64,000 bases of DNA from Alphaproteobacteria bacterium (GTDB taxonomy: Bacteria > Pseudomonadota > Alphaproteobacteria > UBA6615). The position numbers and the translations under genes are program-made. The stretch lies in the NCBI GenBank assembly GCA_038137215.1, contig JAYQBG010000003.1, positions 77,792 through 141,791 of the forward strand. Reading direction: 5' to 3'. This document shows, in pieces, positions 21,176 to 31,473 of the stretch. The notes under the pieces were generated by a model that searched no databases, was not told the DNA's origin, and saw nothing but the letters and a program-made list of their open reading frames with translations. Numbering within the stretch: the first letter of the stretch is position 1; each line of letters starts with the position of its first letter.

Positions 21176-21300
21176 CGCCTAAGCCTATCATATTAAACAC
21201 GAAACCACCCGTCACCTCGGCGCCCGCCACAGCCTTGCCGGACCAAGGCGTTGGTGTAGGATGCCGACAGACGGGGTATTTGCTCGATGATGGGGACTGC

Positions 21301-22143
21301 ATGAGTGCACAAGCGCAATTGATGGCCGGAAAACGCGGCCTGATCATGGGCGTCGCGAACGACCGCTCGATCGCCTGGGGTATCGCCAAGATGGTTGCCG
21401 ATCACGGGGCCGAGCTGGCTTTCACCTATCAGGGTGAGGCACTGGAAAAACGCGTGCGCCCGCTCGCGGATTCGGTCGATGCCAAGCTGCTGCTGCCCTG
21501 CGACGTGACCGACGAAGCGAGCATGGACAATGTCTTCGACACCCTGCAGTCCGAATGGGGCAGCCTGGATTTTGTGGTCCACGCGATTGCCTATTCCGAC
21601 AAGGAAGAGCTGAAGGGCAAGTATGTCGATACCTCGCGGGCCAACTTCCTGCGCTCCCTCGACATTTCGTGCTTCTCCTTCACCGATGTCTGCGCGCGCG
21701 CCAGTCAAATGATGCCCGAGGGCGGCAGCTTGCTGACCCTGACCTATTATGGCGCCGAGCGCGTCATGCCCCATTACAACGTGATGGGTGTGGCCAAGGC
21801 GGCGCTGGAAGCCAGCGTGCGCTACATGGCCGTCGATCTAGGCGGCCAGGGCATCCGGGTCAATGCGATCTCGGCGGGACCGATCAAGACGCTGGCCGCC
21901 AGCGGCATCGGCGACTTCCGCTACATCCTGAAATGGAACGAGCTGAACGCCCCCCTCAAGCGCAACGTGACCACGGACGATGTTGGCGGCGCGGGGCTCT
22001 ATCTGCTGAGCGATCTGGGCGCGGGTGTGACCGGGGAAACCCATCACGTGGACAGCGGCTATCACGTCGTCGGCATGGTCGCCGTGGACGAGGCCGCCGC
22101 CGTCTCGGACCTACTCTCGGGTCTGAAACACGACGACACCTGA
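21301..22143 (+). CDS. fabI: Enoyl-ACP reductase
   Basis: [39 protein letters not shown]. Confidence 0.96.
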   Translation: MSAQAQLMAGKRGLIMGVANDRSIAWGIAKMVADHGAELAFTYQGEALEKRVRPLADSVDAKLLLPCDVTDEASMDNVFDTLQSEWGSLDFVVHAIAYSDKEELKGKYVDTSRANFLRSLDISCFSFTDVCARASQMMPEGGSLLTLTYYGAERVMPHYNVMGVAKAALEASVRYMAVDLGGQGIRVNAISAGPIKTLAASGIGDFRYILKWNELNAPLKRNVTTDDVGGAGLYLLSDLGAGVTGETHHVDSGYHVVGMVAVDEAAAVSDLLSGLKHDDT

Positions 22144-22160
22144 ACCGAAGGAGAGGGGCC

Positions 22161-23288
22161 ATGGCCGGCAACAGCTTCGGTCAGATATTCCGGTTTACGA
22201 CATGGGGCGAAAGCCACGGTCCCGCCATCGGCGTTGTCGTCGATGGGGTGCCGCCGCGCGTGCCCTTCGCCGAAGCCGATGCGCAGGTCTATCTGGACCG
22301 CCGCCGTCCGGGTCAGTCGCGCTTCACCACCCAGCGTCAGGAACCCGATCAGGTGAAAATTCTCTCGGGCGTCTTCGAGGGCCAGACCACCGGCGCGCCG
22401 GTCTCGATGATGATCGAGAATGTCGATCAGCGTTCGAAGGACTATTCCGAGATTTCGCAGAAGTACCGCCCGGGCCATGCGGACTACACCTATGACGCCA
22501 AGTACGGCATCCGGGACTATCGCGGCGGCGGACGGTCCTCGGCACGCGAGACCGCAAGCCGGGTCGCCGCGGGAAGCCTGGCCCGCAAGGTGATTGAGAC
22601 CCTCACGCCCGGCCTGAACATCCGCGGCGCGCTGGTCCGGATCGGCACCATGCCCATCGACCGGGCCAACTGGGACTGGTCGGTCGTCGGGGACAACCCG
22701 TTCTGGTGCCCGGACGCCAGGATGGCCGGTGAATGGGAAACCTATCTCGACGGCATCCGTAAGGACGGCTCGTCGGTCGGTGCGTTGATCGAGGTGGTCG
22801 CCAGCGGCGTGCCGGTGGGTCTCGGCGAGCCGATCTACGGCAAGATCGATTCCGATCTGGCTTCGGCCATGCTGTCGATCAATGCGGTCAAGGGTGTCGA
22901 AATCGGCGCCGGGATGGCGTCCGCCGCGCTGACCGGCGAGGAAAACGCCGACGAGATGCGCATGGACGGCGAGGAAGTCACCTTCGGCTCCAACAAGGCC
23001 GGCGGCGTGCTCGGCGGCATCACCACCGGGCAGGATCTGGTGGTGCGCTTTGCCGTCAAACCCACCAGCTCGATCCTCACCCCGCGCGAAAGCGTGACCA
23101 GTACCGGCGAAGATACTGACGTCTCCACCAAGGGCCGCCACGATCCCTGCGTGGGCATTCGCGCCGTGCCCGTGGGCGAAGCGATGATGGCCTGCGTGAT
23201 CGCCGATCACTTGTTACGCCACCGCGCCCAGATCGGCGAGTTCGGCTCGCAGGCCCCGTTCACCGAACGCGGCAAGGCGGAAAGCTAG
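22161..23288 (+). CDS. aroC: Chorismate synthase
   Basis: [37 protein letters not shown]; AAGGAG RBS. Confidence 0.96.
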   Translation: MAGNSFGQIFRFTTWGESHGPAIGVVVDGVPPRVPFAEADAQVYLDRRRPGQSRFTTQRQEPDQVKILSGVFEGQTTGAPVSMMIENVDQRSKDYSEISQKYRPGHADYTYDAKYGIRDYRGGGRSSARETASRVAAGSLARKVIETLTPGLNIRGALVRIGTMPIDRANWDWSVVGDNPFWCPDARMAGEWETYLDGIRKDGSSVGALIEVVASGVPVGLGEPIYGKIDSDLASAMLSINAVKGVEIGAGMASAALTGEENADEMRMDGEEVTFGSNKAGGVLGGITTGQDLVVRFAVKPTSSILTPRESVTSTGEDTDVSTKGRHDPCVGIRAVPVGEAMMACVIADHLLRHRAQIGEFGSQAPFTERGKAES

Positions 23289-23794
23289 GCAGTCTCGTCT
23301 TGTTCTTCGCCTTCCTGATCGCTTCGATTCCATTCTGGGCGTTTTAGATTGAGTGGACGCACAGGCGGATTGAGTACAATCGTGACGGAAATCCACCCGT
23401 AACTTGGCTTCTAGTGCACCCTGTAGCAGATGAATGGTGGTTCAAGAATTCCAGGCTGAGGCTGAAAGTTTTGAGCCTTTCATGTGTCTGGGCATTTTTC
23501 GTAGTAACGCTCTATCTCCATCTGGCTAGAACTCTGAACCCACGGATCACAATAGATTCTGACGTTCTGGTCTTGCTGAAAATTGCACCACTCCCTATCT
23601 GGGTTTGGTTTTTCGCCTATGTGACAAATTGGGCCTGGAATTATCGCAAAAGCGGAAAGTCTGCGCGCTTTTTTACGTATGACGAACTCGTGGACGGTTG
23701 GTGGTTCGGCAACGCAAGACGGTTCCTAGGGGTTTTTGTTGTGCAAGCGGTTTGGACGGCAGTGGTGATAGGCATGTATTTTCTCGCGAGCTAA
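23288..23794 (+). pseudogene. Lower-GC membrane protein relic, 5'-truncated, with an in-frame TAG at 23345-23347
   Basis: The frame of ORF 23414..23794 extends upstream as [26 protein letters not shown]...; duplicated motif DEWWFKNSR / DGWWFGNAR; codon usage atypical for the window. Confidence 0.55.
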
Positions 23795-23850
23795 CCGACG
23801 AAAGGTTGGTTTGCTGCCGGCCCTCACACCTGCGAAGGCAGACGCCCAGA

Positions 23851-23944
23851 TCGTCGTTCCCGCGAAGGCGGGAACTCATAAACTCAGGCGGTCATCTGAT
23901 GAAACGTCGGTGTTTATGGGTTCCCGCCTGCGCGGGCATGACGA
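23851..23944. repeat. REP-type palindrome (GTTCCCGCGAAGGCGGGAAC...TTCCCGCCTGCGCGGG)
   Basis: Two hairpin arms in inverted orientation; same family as 51096-51189. Confidence 0.8.
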
Positions 23945-24004
23945 TAAGACGTGAGACCTTTATAATCCGCCCAATCTCACGAAACCCCGGCAGGGAGACC
24001 GACC

Positions 24005-24637
24005 ATGGCCAAGAAGCGAGAAACCCCCGATCAGTTGCAGCACATCTCCAAACTGCCAATCCCCGAGGCCGAGAGCCTCGACGAGGATCTGCAGAAATAC
24101 ATGCGCATCTGTCAGGAGAAACTCGGTCTCGTCCCGAACGTAATTCGCGCCTTCGCCCTGCGTCCGGAAAAGCTGCGGACCTTCATTGCGAAATACAACG
24201 AGCTGATGCTCGGCGACGACGCCCGGCTCACCCGGCTGGAGCGGGAAATGATCGCGGTGGTGGTCTCCTCCCACAATCACTGCGTCTATTGCATCACCTC
24301 CCACAGCCAGGCCGTGCGCGAGCTGTCCGACGATCCGGTGCTCGGCGATATCCTGATGATCAACTACCGCGAGGCGAATTTGACCGACCGCCAGCGCGCG
24401 ATCCTCGACTATGCCTTCAAGCTGACCTCGAACCCCGCCGAACTGGGCGATGCGGACCGGCAGAAGCTGACCGATCAGGGCCTGAGCGCGGAGGAAATCT
24501 TCGAGGTCACCGACACCACCGCCTATTTCAACTACACCAACCGGATGACCCACGGGCTGGGCATGCTGCCCAACGAGGAATACTTCGGCATGAACCGCCT
24601 GCCCGACCCGGGCCTGCACAAGGATGCCGCAGAATAG
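24005..24637 (+). CDS. AhpD/CMD family peroxidase-related enzyme
   Basis: EREMIAVVVSSHNHCVYCITSH, FNYTNR. Confidence 0.9.
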   Translation: MAKKRETPDQLQHISKLPIPEAESLDEDLQKYMRICQEKLGLVPNVIRAFALRPEKLRTFIAKYNELMLGDDARLTRLEREMIAVVVSSHNHCVYCITSHSQAVRELSDDPVLGDILMINYREANLTDRQRAILDYAFKLTSNPAELGDADRQKLTDQGLSAEEIFEVTDTTAYFNYTNRMTHGLGMLPNEEYFGMNRLPDPGLHKDAAE

Positions 24638-24763
24638 CCCAAGTTCTGTTGCAACCTCGCGGCTCGACCTGACCGGTTAACCCGACGACACAATCGTGAA
24701 CCGGGTTCCGGCGCATCCGCGTTTGGACTAGGTTCGCAGCGACAACGGCAACAGCGGCGTGCC

Positions 24764-25417
24764 ATGCATTGTGCAGGACTGAATTTCGGCATTTTCGTTC
24801 TCATGCTCGGTCTCGTTGCGGGCGTCCTGCCCCAGCGTGCCAACGCGCATCCCCATGTCTGGATCGACCTCAGATCGCAGCTCGAATTCGACGGGGATGG
24901 CCGGGTCACCGGGCTGGAGATCGACTGGACCTTCGATGAGTTCTACACGGCCTTCGTGATCACCGAGTTCGGCGGTCCGGAAGCGATGGACGAGGAAACC
25001 CTGACCGGTATCGGGCGCGAGAACCTCACCAATCTGCGCGAATTCGACTATTTTACCGAGTTCCTCGTCGATGGCGCGGTCCAGCCTCTGGCCGCACCGG
25101 AAACCTTCGAGATGGGTCTGGAGGACGGCAAGCTGCGGCTCCGTTTCTCGGTGCCGCTCGAGCGGCCGGTCATCCCCCGTGAACACCGCATCAACTACGC
25201 CGTTTACGATCCGTCCTACTTCGTCGAGATTCTGCATGTCGATGACGGCCACCGCCTCCCATCGGGCACCGCCCCGAAAGGCTGCCGGTCCGTGCTGATC
25301 GAACCCACGCCGACCTATGAGGCGCGGACCCTGGCCGATTCCCTCGACCGGCTGGACACGGCGCCTGAATCCTTCGGTGCGCTGTTCGCCGAACGGGTCC
25401 GGCTCGAATGCAGCTGA
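24764..25417 (+). CDS. DUF1007 family periplasmic metal-binding protein
   Basis: Signal peptide ending ANA-HPHVWID, WTFDEFY, YDPSYF. Confidence 0.88.
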   Translation: MHCAGLNFGIFVLMLGLVAGVLPQRANAHPHVWIDLRSQLEFDGDGRVTGLEIDWTFDEFYTAFVITEFGGPEAMDEETLTGIGRENLTNLREFDYFTEFLVDGAVQPLAAPETFEMGLEDGKLRLRFSVPLERPVIPREHRINYAVYDPSYFVEILHVDDGHRLPSGTAPKGCRSVLIEPTPTYEARTLADSLDRLDTAPESFGALFAERVRLECS

Positions 25418-26367
25418 CCGAAACCGAATCCCGCACCCGCCGCACCAGATGGTATCTGGTACCACTCGGGCTGACGCTGGCCATCGTTCTGGTCTGGGCG
25501 CTGGGGGCCTTCGTGTTCGTCGGCGCCTGGGACCAACTCCTCAACGCCATTGTCGCCGCCCAGCGCGAGTTGCAGCAGGACCTTTCCGCCGCCACCCGGA
25601 CCGCCGCCGAACACGGTTTCACCGCCGCCTCGACCCTGATCGGCCTCAGCTTCGTGTACGGCGTCCTGCACGCCGCCGGGCCGGGCCACGGCAAGTTCGT
25701 CATCTCGACCTATCTGCTGAGCCAGGAAAGCGCGGTGCCCCGTTCGCTGATGCTGTCCACCCTGTCGGCCCTGATGCAAGGGGTCACCGCCATTGTCATC
25801 ATCGAGGTCGTCGTCGCCATCCTCGGGATCGGCCTGCGCCAGGCCACCGGCCTGAGCAACCAGCTGGAAATAACCAGCTACGCACTGGTCATCCTGATCG
25901 GCCTGATCCTCGCTGCGGTGACACTGCGCCGGTTCATGCGCCGCGGACAGGACAACGCCGATGCCTGCGGCCATTGCGGCCACGTCCATGCGGTCGAGGC
26001 ACCCCATGGCGCGCGCAAGTCTTCCGTCGCCGAACTCGCTGCGATCATCTTCTCGGTGGGCCTGCGCCCGTGTACCGGCGCAATTCTCGTGCTGGTGCTG
26101 GCCAACGCCATGGGGCTGCGGTTCACCGCCTGGGCAGCCGTTCTGGCCATGTCCGTGGGGACGGCGATCACCGTTTCGGCGCTGGCCCTGATGGCGGTCT
26201 ATGCCCGCCGCACGACGCTGCGCCTGGCCGAGCGCTGGCCGTCGGAACACCGCAACCTGCCGGTGGTCCTCGACGCCATCGCCTTCTGCGGTGGTGTTGC
26301 GATCGTGCTGCTCGGGATATCCCTGATCCGGGCGACAACCGTCACCACCGGCCACCCGCTTCTCTAG
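25408..26367 (+). CDS. Nickel/cobalt transporter (RcnA/HoxN-like)
   Basis: YGVLHAAGPGHGK, CGHCGHVH, GLRPCTGA; overlaps the DUF1007 gene. Confidence 0.88.
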   Translation: MQLTETESRTRRTRWYLVPLGLTLAIVLVWALGAFVFVGAWDQLLNAIVAAQRELQQDLSAATRTAAEHGFTAASTLIGLSFVYGVLHAAGPGHGKFVISTYLLSQESAVPRSLMLSTLSALMQGVTAIVIIEVVVAILGIGLRQATGLSNQLEITSYALVILIGLILAAVTLRRFMRRGQDNADACGHCGHVHAVEAPHGARKSSVAELAAIIFSVGLRPCTGAILVLVLANAMGLRFTAWAAVLAMSVGTAITVSALALMAVYARRTTLRLAERWPSEHRNLPVVLDAIAFCGGVAIVLLGISLIRATTVTTGHPLL

Positions 26368-26431
26368 ATATCGGGTCTGAAAAGGTTTTCCGTCCGTGCA
26401 AGATTGGCCGGACGGCGGATGCGTACCCCAA

Positions 26432-26580
26432 CCCTCTCCTCCCGTGGGAGGAGAGGGTGGTGAGCGCCAGCGAGCCGGGTGAGGTGGGCGCGTATGGACG
26501 CGCACAGGTCCCTCCTAAAACTACGAAAACCCCACCTCACCCCGACCCTCTCCTCCCCCACGGGAAGGAGAGAGAGAAAG
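26432..26580. repeat. Composite REP-type palindrome (CCCTCTCCTCCC family) between convergent genes
   Basis: CCCTCTCCTCCC-GT-GGGAGGAGAGGG plus GGGTGAGGTGGG/CCCACCTCACCC arms. Confidence 0.75.
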
Positions 26581-26595
26581 AGCGGATGCAAACCG

Positions 26596-27885
26596 CTAGC
26601 GCGAAAACACCGCGACCAGTTCCACATGGCCGGACCAGACGAACTGGTCCACCGGCGTGACACCCTCCAGCGCAAAGCCCCCCGCCGCCAGCGCGGACGC
26701 ATCCTTGGCAAAGGTCGCCGGATTGCACGACACCGCAACGACCCGGTTCACCGGAGATTCGACAATCTGGGCGACCTGGGCGGCCGCCCCGGCGCGGGGC
26801 GGGTCAAAAACAATCGTGTCGAAATGCTTGAGGTCGTCGGCCATCATCGGGCGGCGTACCAGATCGCGGTTTTCCGTAGATATCTGCCCGCCAAACCCGG
26901 CGGTGCCTGCCGCGCGGGCCATCGCCTCGACGGCATCGCCGGCACCATCCACGGCGAAGACCTTCGCGCCACTAGCCGCCAGCGGCAGGGCGAAGGTGCC
27001 CACGCCGCAATAGAGATCGGCAATTCGGTCGCCGATCCCGTCGCTCAGTACGGCGTCACAGACCAGACCGGACAAAATTCGCTCGGCTTCGGCGCTGGCT
27101 TGCAGGAAGGCGCCCGGCGGCAGTTCCACAGTTGTCCCCGACAGATTGAGCATCGGCGCGCGGCGTACCGCCACCGGCTCCACCCCGTTATCGGTGCGCC
27201 AGGAAATCCGGGCGATGTCTTCGGCCTCGGCAAACATGGCGAGCGCCATGCTGGCATCCGGGCCCGGCGCATGGTTGGTGCCGACCTGCAGGTCGAGACC
27301 GTTATCGGCTTCGGTGACAAGCACATCCCAGCGTGCGCCGGGCGGCACGATGTCGGACAGCACGTCCCGCAGCTTCGGGATCATCGCGGCAATCACCGGC
27401 CGTACGATCAGGCAGGTATCCAGATTGACCACCAGATTGCTCGCCCGGGCATGAAATCCGAAATAGGTCTTCGCGTTCTTCGCCCGGGGCCGGAAGGCGG
27501 CAAACTCCGCCCGGCGGCGGCCATCTGCGGCCGTGCGGATCATCGGCGCCACCAGATCCGGGTTTAGCCCGGCGCGTTTGACGGCGGACACCACCATCTC
27601 CTGTTTCCAGGCCGCATAGGCATCATCGGCAAGGCTCTGCGTCGCGCAGCCACCGCAGGTTCCGAAATGCGGACAGGGTGGCTCGACCCGGTCCGGCGAA
27701 GCTTCGACAATCTCTTCAAGGCTCGCGGCAAACCCGTCCGCGCGTTTCACCCCGGCCCGCGCTCGCACGGTCTCACCGGGCAGGGCACCGGCCACGTAAA
27801 GCGGCCCGTCCGGGCTGAGGCCGATGCCGTCACCGCGCAGCCCCAGCCGGGTGATGGTCACCTCGTGGGTCTTGCCGCTATTCAT
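26596..27885 (-). CDS. rlmD: 23S rRNA m5U methyltransferase (RlmD/RumA family)
   Basis: TRAM domain, CPHFGTCGGC Fe-S motif, FLQAS, DLYCGVG, DPPRAG, VSCNPAT, DQFVWSGHVE. Confidence 0.85.
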   Translation of the reverse strand: MNSGKTHEVTITRLGLRGDGIGLSPDGPLYVAGALPGETVRARAGVKRADGFAASLEEIVEASPDRVEPPCPHFGTCGGCATQSLADDAYAAWKQEMVVSAVKRAGLNPDLVAPMIRTAADGRRRAEFAAFRPRAKNAKTYFGFHARASNLVVNLDTCLIVRPVIAAMIPKLRDVLSDIVPPGARWDVLVTEADNGLDLQVGTNHAPGPDASMALAMFAEAEDIARISWRTDNGVEPVAVRRAPMLNLSGTTVELPPGAFLQASAEAERILSGLVCDAVLSDGIGDRIADLYCGVGTFALPLAASGAKVFAVDGAGDAVEAMARAAGTAGFGGQISTENRDLVRRPMMADDLKHFDTIVFDPPRAGAAAQVAQIVESPVNRVVAVSCNPATFAKDASALAAGGFALEGVTPVDQFVWSGHVELVAVFSR

Positions 27886-28645
27886 TTTGATCGCTCTCGA
27901 AAACGCCCGCGATCAGGAATTCCTTGTTGCCTTCCGGACCAGTGATCGGGCTTTCGGCCACACCCGTGACCTGCCAGCCGGGCATGTTGTCGAGCCAGTT
28001 TCGGATGCGGTCACACACGGCGGCGTGCAGCGCCGGGTCGCGCACCACGCCCTTCTTGCCCACATCGGCCTTGCCCACTTCAAACTGCGGCTTGATCAGC
28101 GCGATCAGTCGCGCACCCGGCGCCGCGAAGTCCATGGCCGCCGGCAGCACCACCTCCAGCCCGATGAAGCTGGCATCGCAGACGATCACATCCACCGGCT
28201 CGGGAATCTGTTCGGCGGTGAGATGCCGCGCATTCGTCTTCTCCAGCACCACTACCCGGTCATCCTTGCGCAGCTTCCACGCAAACTGGCCGTGGCCCAC
28301 ATCGACCGCATAGACCCGGGCCGCACCGCGTGTGAGCAGCACATCGGTAAAACCGCCGGTCGAGGCCCCCACATCGATGGCGACGGTGCCGGTCACATCG
28401 ATGCCGAGCTCTTCCAGCGCATGATCGAGCTTCAGACCGCCCCGGCTGACCCACGGGTGATCCTGGCCGCGCACCTCCAGCGGTGCGTCCTCGGCGATGC
28501 TGTCACCGGCCTTCTCGACGCGCCTTTCGCCGCTGAACACCAGCCCGGCGAGGATCACCGCCTGGGCGCGGCTCCGCGATTCCGCCAGCCCGCGTTCGAC
28601 GAGCGCCACATCCGCGCGTGTCTTCGATTTTTTCCCGTTCTTCAC
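27878..28645 (-). CDS. tlyA: TlyA family rRNA 2'-O-methyltransferase
   Basis: S4 domain, VSRGGLKL, DVGASTGGFTD, LIKPQFE, SPITGPEGNKEF. Confidence 0.93.
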   Translation of the reverse strand: MKNGKKSKTRADVALVERGLAESRSRAQAVILAGLVFSGERRVEKAGDSIAEDAPLEVRGQDHPWVSRGGLKLDHALEELGIDVTGTVAIDVGASTGGFTDVLLTRGAARVYAVDVGHGQFAWKLRKDDRVVVLEKTNARHLTAEQIPEPVDVIVCDASFIGLEVVLPAAMDFAAPGARLIALIKPQFEVGKADVGKKGVVRDPALHAAVCDRIRNWLDNMPGWQVTGVAESPITGPEGNKEFLIAGVFESDQNE

Positions 28646-28683
28646 CACGGGCGGGGCATAGCATGTTTCGCCGCGCAAATACC

Positions 28684-28707
28684 CCCTCTCCTCCCGGGAG
28701 GAGAGGG
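28684..28707. repeat. Perfect 24-bp palindrome of the CCCTCTCCTCCC family
   Basis: CCCTCTCCTCCCGGGAGGAGAGGG. Confidence 0.7.
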
Positions 28708-28797
28708 TTTTCATCGATCCCGCCCGCTGGCCCTGCCGTACCCTCACCCTGTAAGATCGTCCCCAAGCAACAACACAACCTCCGGGGGAAGCACGTT

Positions 28798-29715
28798 ATG
28801 TCGGAACGGATCGGAATCGTGGGCATGGGCCTGATGGGCCAAGCCTTCATCAAACATCTGCGCAACGCACAATTCATGATCCAGGGGTTCGACGTGGATC
28901 CGGCCCGCATGGACCAGCTGGCCGCCGCCGGGGGACACCCGGTGGACACGCCCGCCGAAGCCGCGAAGGACGTCAAATGCGTCATCGCCTCCCTGCCGAC
29001 CAGCGACATCGCCCGCGAGGTGATCTTCGGGCCGGGCGGCATGACCGAGACGGCGGCGGACGGCATGTATATCTGCGACACCACCACCGCCCGCCCAGAA
29101 GATTCCGAAAAGACCTATGCCGAGCTTAAGGAGCGCGGCATCCGCTATCTCGACAGCGCGGTCAGCGGCACCAGCACCATGGCCGAGGCCGGTGACCTCG
29201 TGGTGATCGCGGGCGGCGATGCCGAAGACTTCGAGGCCTGCCGCCCCTATTTCGAGGGCTTCTCCCGCGCGGCCTATCATATGGGCCCGGCGGGTTCGGG
29301 CGCGCGGACCAAGCTGATCATCAACCTCATCCTGGCGGGCAACCGGCTGGCGCTGGCCGAGGGCATGGTGCTGGGCGAGAAGGCAGGCCTGGAAGCCAAC
29401 AACCTTCTCTCCGTCCTGCAGGACGGGGCCTGCAGCTCCAAGACCATGGTCGATAAAGGCCCGAAGATGATCGATGCCGATTATTCCAAGCAGGGGCAGG
29501 TGAAGATCAGCCTGAAGGATTCACGCCTGATGATGGAGATGGGCCAGAAACTCGGCGCGCCGGTGATGATGATCCAGGTCTATTCCCAGATCATGCAGGC
29601 CGCCCTGGAAAAGGGCTATGGCGAGAAAGACACCGTCGCCTTCTACGAAATCATGCGCGGCATGGCCGGGCTGGAGGAACGCGAAGGCATCGACGACGTG
29701 CCGTTCGGAAAATAA
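28798..29715 (+). CDS. NAD(P)-dependent beta-hydroxyacid dehydrogenase (3-hydroxyisobutyrate DH family)
   Basis: IGIVGMGLMG, DSAVSG, GSGARTKLIIN, LKD. Confidence 0.88.
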   Translation: MSERIGIVGMGLMGQAFIKHLRNAQFMIQGFDVDPARMDQLAAAGGHPVDTPAEAAKDVKCVIASLPTSDIAREVIFGPGGMTETAADGMYICDTTTARPEDSEKTYAELKERGIRYLDSAVSGTSTMAEAGDLVVIAGGDAEDFEACRPYFEGFSRAAYHMGPAGSGARTKLIINLILAGNRLALAEGMVLGEKAGLEANNLLSVLQDGACSSKTMVDKGPKMIDADYSKQGQVKISLKDSRLMMEMGQKLGAPVMMIQVYSQIMQAALEKGYGEKDTVAFYEIMRGMAGLEEREGIDDVPFGK

Positions 29716-29824
29716 CTTCTACTCGCCAAAAATGCTTCATGGTATTGTTGCAAAATCTGGAAACAAGAAAATTTGCAGCATGTATAGAGAAAAAATGAGT
29801 CCTGCCTTTAGGGGGTGAAAATAA

Positions 29825-30238
29825 ATGAAAATATCGGATATTTTCATAATAATGCCGTTCGGTGAATAACACGTAAATAATAGTGACAATCACGAACAAA
29901 TATACGATCAAGACCATTTCGACGACATGTATTCGATTTTAGTCGAAGCTGTAAAAGAATTCTCACCAAAAAAGGAGTTACCGGACCTGTTCACCCGCGC
30001 CCTGGCGGTCGATACCTACGATCCGGCGCGCTACCGTGATATTTTCAACTACCTGCGGAGCGCCGCGACAGGACTGTCGGACCGGTACCATGCCCCGACA
30101 CGCGCCCAGACGGTGATCGACCTGGCCCGCGCCCTTCCTATCCGGCAAATGCCGGATATCATTCTGCAGGTGGTCGAGTCCGAGAGGCATACCGCACAGA
30201 ACTTTCCGGTGCTGTTTCCCGCCTTTGACGCCCGCTGA
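29825..30238 (+). pseudogene. Chimeric relic: AT-rich N-terminus of an F-x-IMPF (deoxyribohydrolase/TIR-like) gene with TAA at 29867-29869, joined at ~29975 to a GC-rich fragment
   Basis: MKISDIFIIMPFGE*HVNNSDNHEQIYDQDHFDDMYSILVEAVKEF..., in frame with ORF 29927..30238; GGGGG RBS-like sequence upstream; abrupt GC shift. Confidence 0.55.
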
Positions 30239-30260
30239 CCCGAACCCGAGCTGCCCGGCC

Positions 30261-31430
30261 ATGACCTCCATCGCATCCGCCCTGAATATCGAAGACCTTC
30301 GCAAAATCGCCAAGCGGCGGTTGACCAGGGGCCTGTTCGAATTTGTCGATCGCGGGTCGGAAGACGATGTGGCGCTGCGGCACAACCGGGCGGCACTCGA
30401 AGCGATCAAGCTGCGCTCCCGGGTGCTGAACGACACGTCTTCGCGGCACACGCGATCCTCGATTTTCAGCGCACCGGTCGATATGCCGCTGGTGATCGGA
30501 CCGACCGGTCCTGCCGGGTTTGTCTGGTACCGGGGCGAGACCGAACTGGCGAAGGCTGCGGCGAAGGCCGGGATTCCGTTCACGCTGGCCAGCACATCCA
30601 ACACGCCCATGGAAGACATCCTTGAGAAGGGCGGCGGGCGCCAGTGGTATCACCTCTATGTCTGGCGGGACATGGAAGCCTCCCTGAAGGCCGTGCCGCG
30701 GGCCGAGGCCGCGGGATTCGAAGCGCTGGTGCTGACCGTCGATTCCACGGTGCCCTATAACCGGGAATTCGATGTGCGCAACGGCGTGACCATGCCGGTG
30801 CGCCTGACGCCGCGAAACATCGCCGATATCGTCACCCATCCGCGCTGGCTGTTCGGCACCGTCGGCAAATACGTGCTGGCCGACGGGCATCTGCCCCGCT
30901 ACTCCAATATCGACATGCCCGAGGGGCTCTCGACCACGGGCGTGCGGGACTTCCTGTTCAAGAACGACACGCTGGACTGGGGTTTCCTGAAACGTATCCG
31001 GGACATGTGGCCGCGCAAGCTGGTGGTCAAAGGCATCCTGCACGCCGAGGATGCGGCGAAATGCGCCGAACACGGGGTCGATTGCGTGATCGTGTCGAAC
31101 CATGGCGGGATCGCCAGCGATGCCGCGCTGGCGCCCATCGATGTGTTGCCTTCTATTGTGCGAGAGGTGGGCGACCGGATGACGGTGATCGTCGATTCCG
31201 GGTTCCGGCGCGGCAGCGATGTCCTGAAGGGGCTGGCGCTGGGCGCCGATGCGGTGATCGTCGGCCGGGCAACGCTTTACGGCGTTGCGGCAGGCGGCGA
31301 AGCGGGCGCAAGCCGGGCGCTGGAGATCCTGCACAGCGAAATCCGCCGCACTATGGGTGTGATGGGGCTGACGGAACTCAGCCAGATCACCCGCGATCAC
31401 GTGGTCCTGCCCCAGGAGTATCCGCTCTAG
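30261..31430 (+). CDS. FMN-dependent alpha-hydroxy acid oxidase/dehydrogenase family protein (divergent active site)
   Basis: LVLTVD, LVVKGIL, VSNHGG, VDSGFRRGSDVLKGLALGA, VGRATLYG. Confidence 0.9.
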   Translation: MTSIASALNIEDLRKIAKRRLTRGLFEFVDRGSEDDVALRHNRAALEAIKLRSRVLNDTSSRHTRSSIFSAPVDMPLVIGPTGPAGFVWYRGETELAKAAAKAGIPFTLASTSNTPMEDILEKGGGRQWYHLYVWRDMEASLKAVPRAEAAGFEALVLTVDSTVPYNREFDVRNGVTMPVRLTPRNIADIVTHPRWLFGTVGKYVLADGHLPRYSNIDMPEGLSTTGVRDFLFKNDTLDWGFLKRIRDMWPRKLVVKGILHAEDAAKCAEHGVDCVIVSNHGGIASDAALAPIDVLPSIVREVGDRMTVIVDSGFRRGSDVLKGLALGADAVIVGRATLYGVAAGGEAGASRALEILHSEIRRTMGVMGLTELSQITRDHVVLPQEYPL

Positions 31431-31473
31431 CCTGGAAAACCGGCCTGGCGAGGGTCAAAGCCACAGGATTGCC

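Noticed and set aside
21555-23288. 577-aa AroC with a long N-terminal extension
   Set aside because: The extension is an alternative frame of fabI; the true start is ATG 22161 with an RBS
24640-24763. Metal or cobalamin riboswitch, or EcfG promoter, upstream of the DUF1007-Ni/Co transporter pair
   Set aside because: No recognisable riboswitch core; the GAAC...CGTT spacing (18 nt) and -35 element do not fit the GGAAC-N16/17-CGTT consensus
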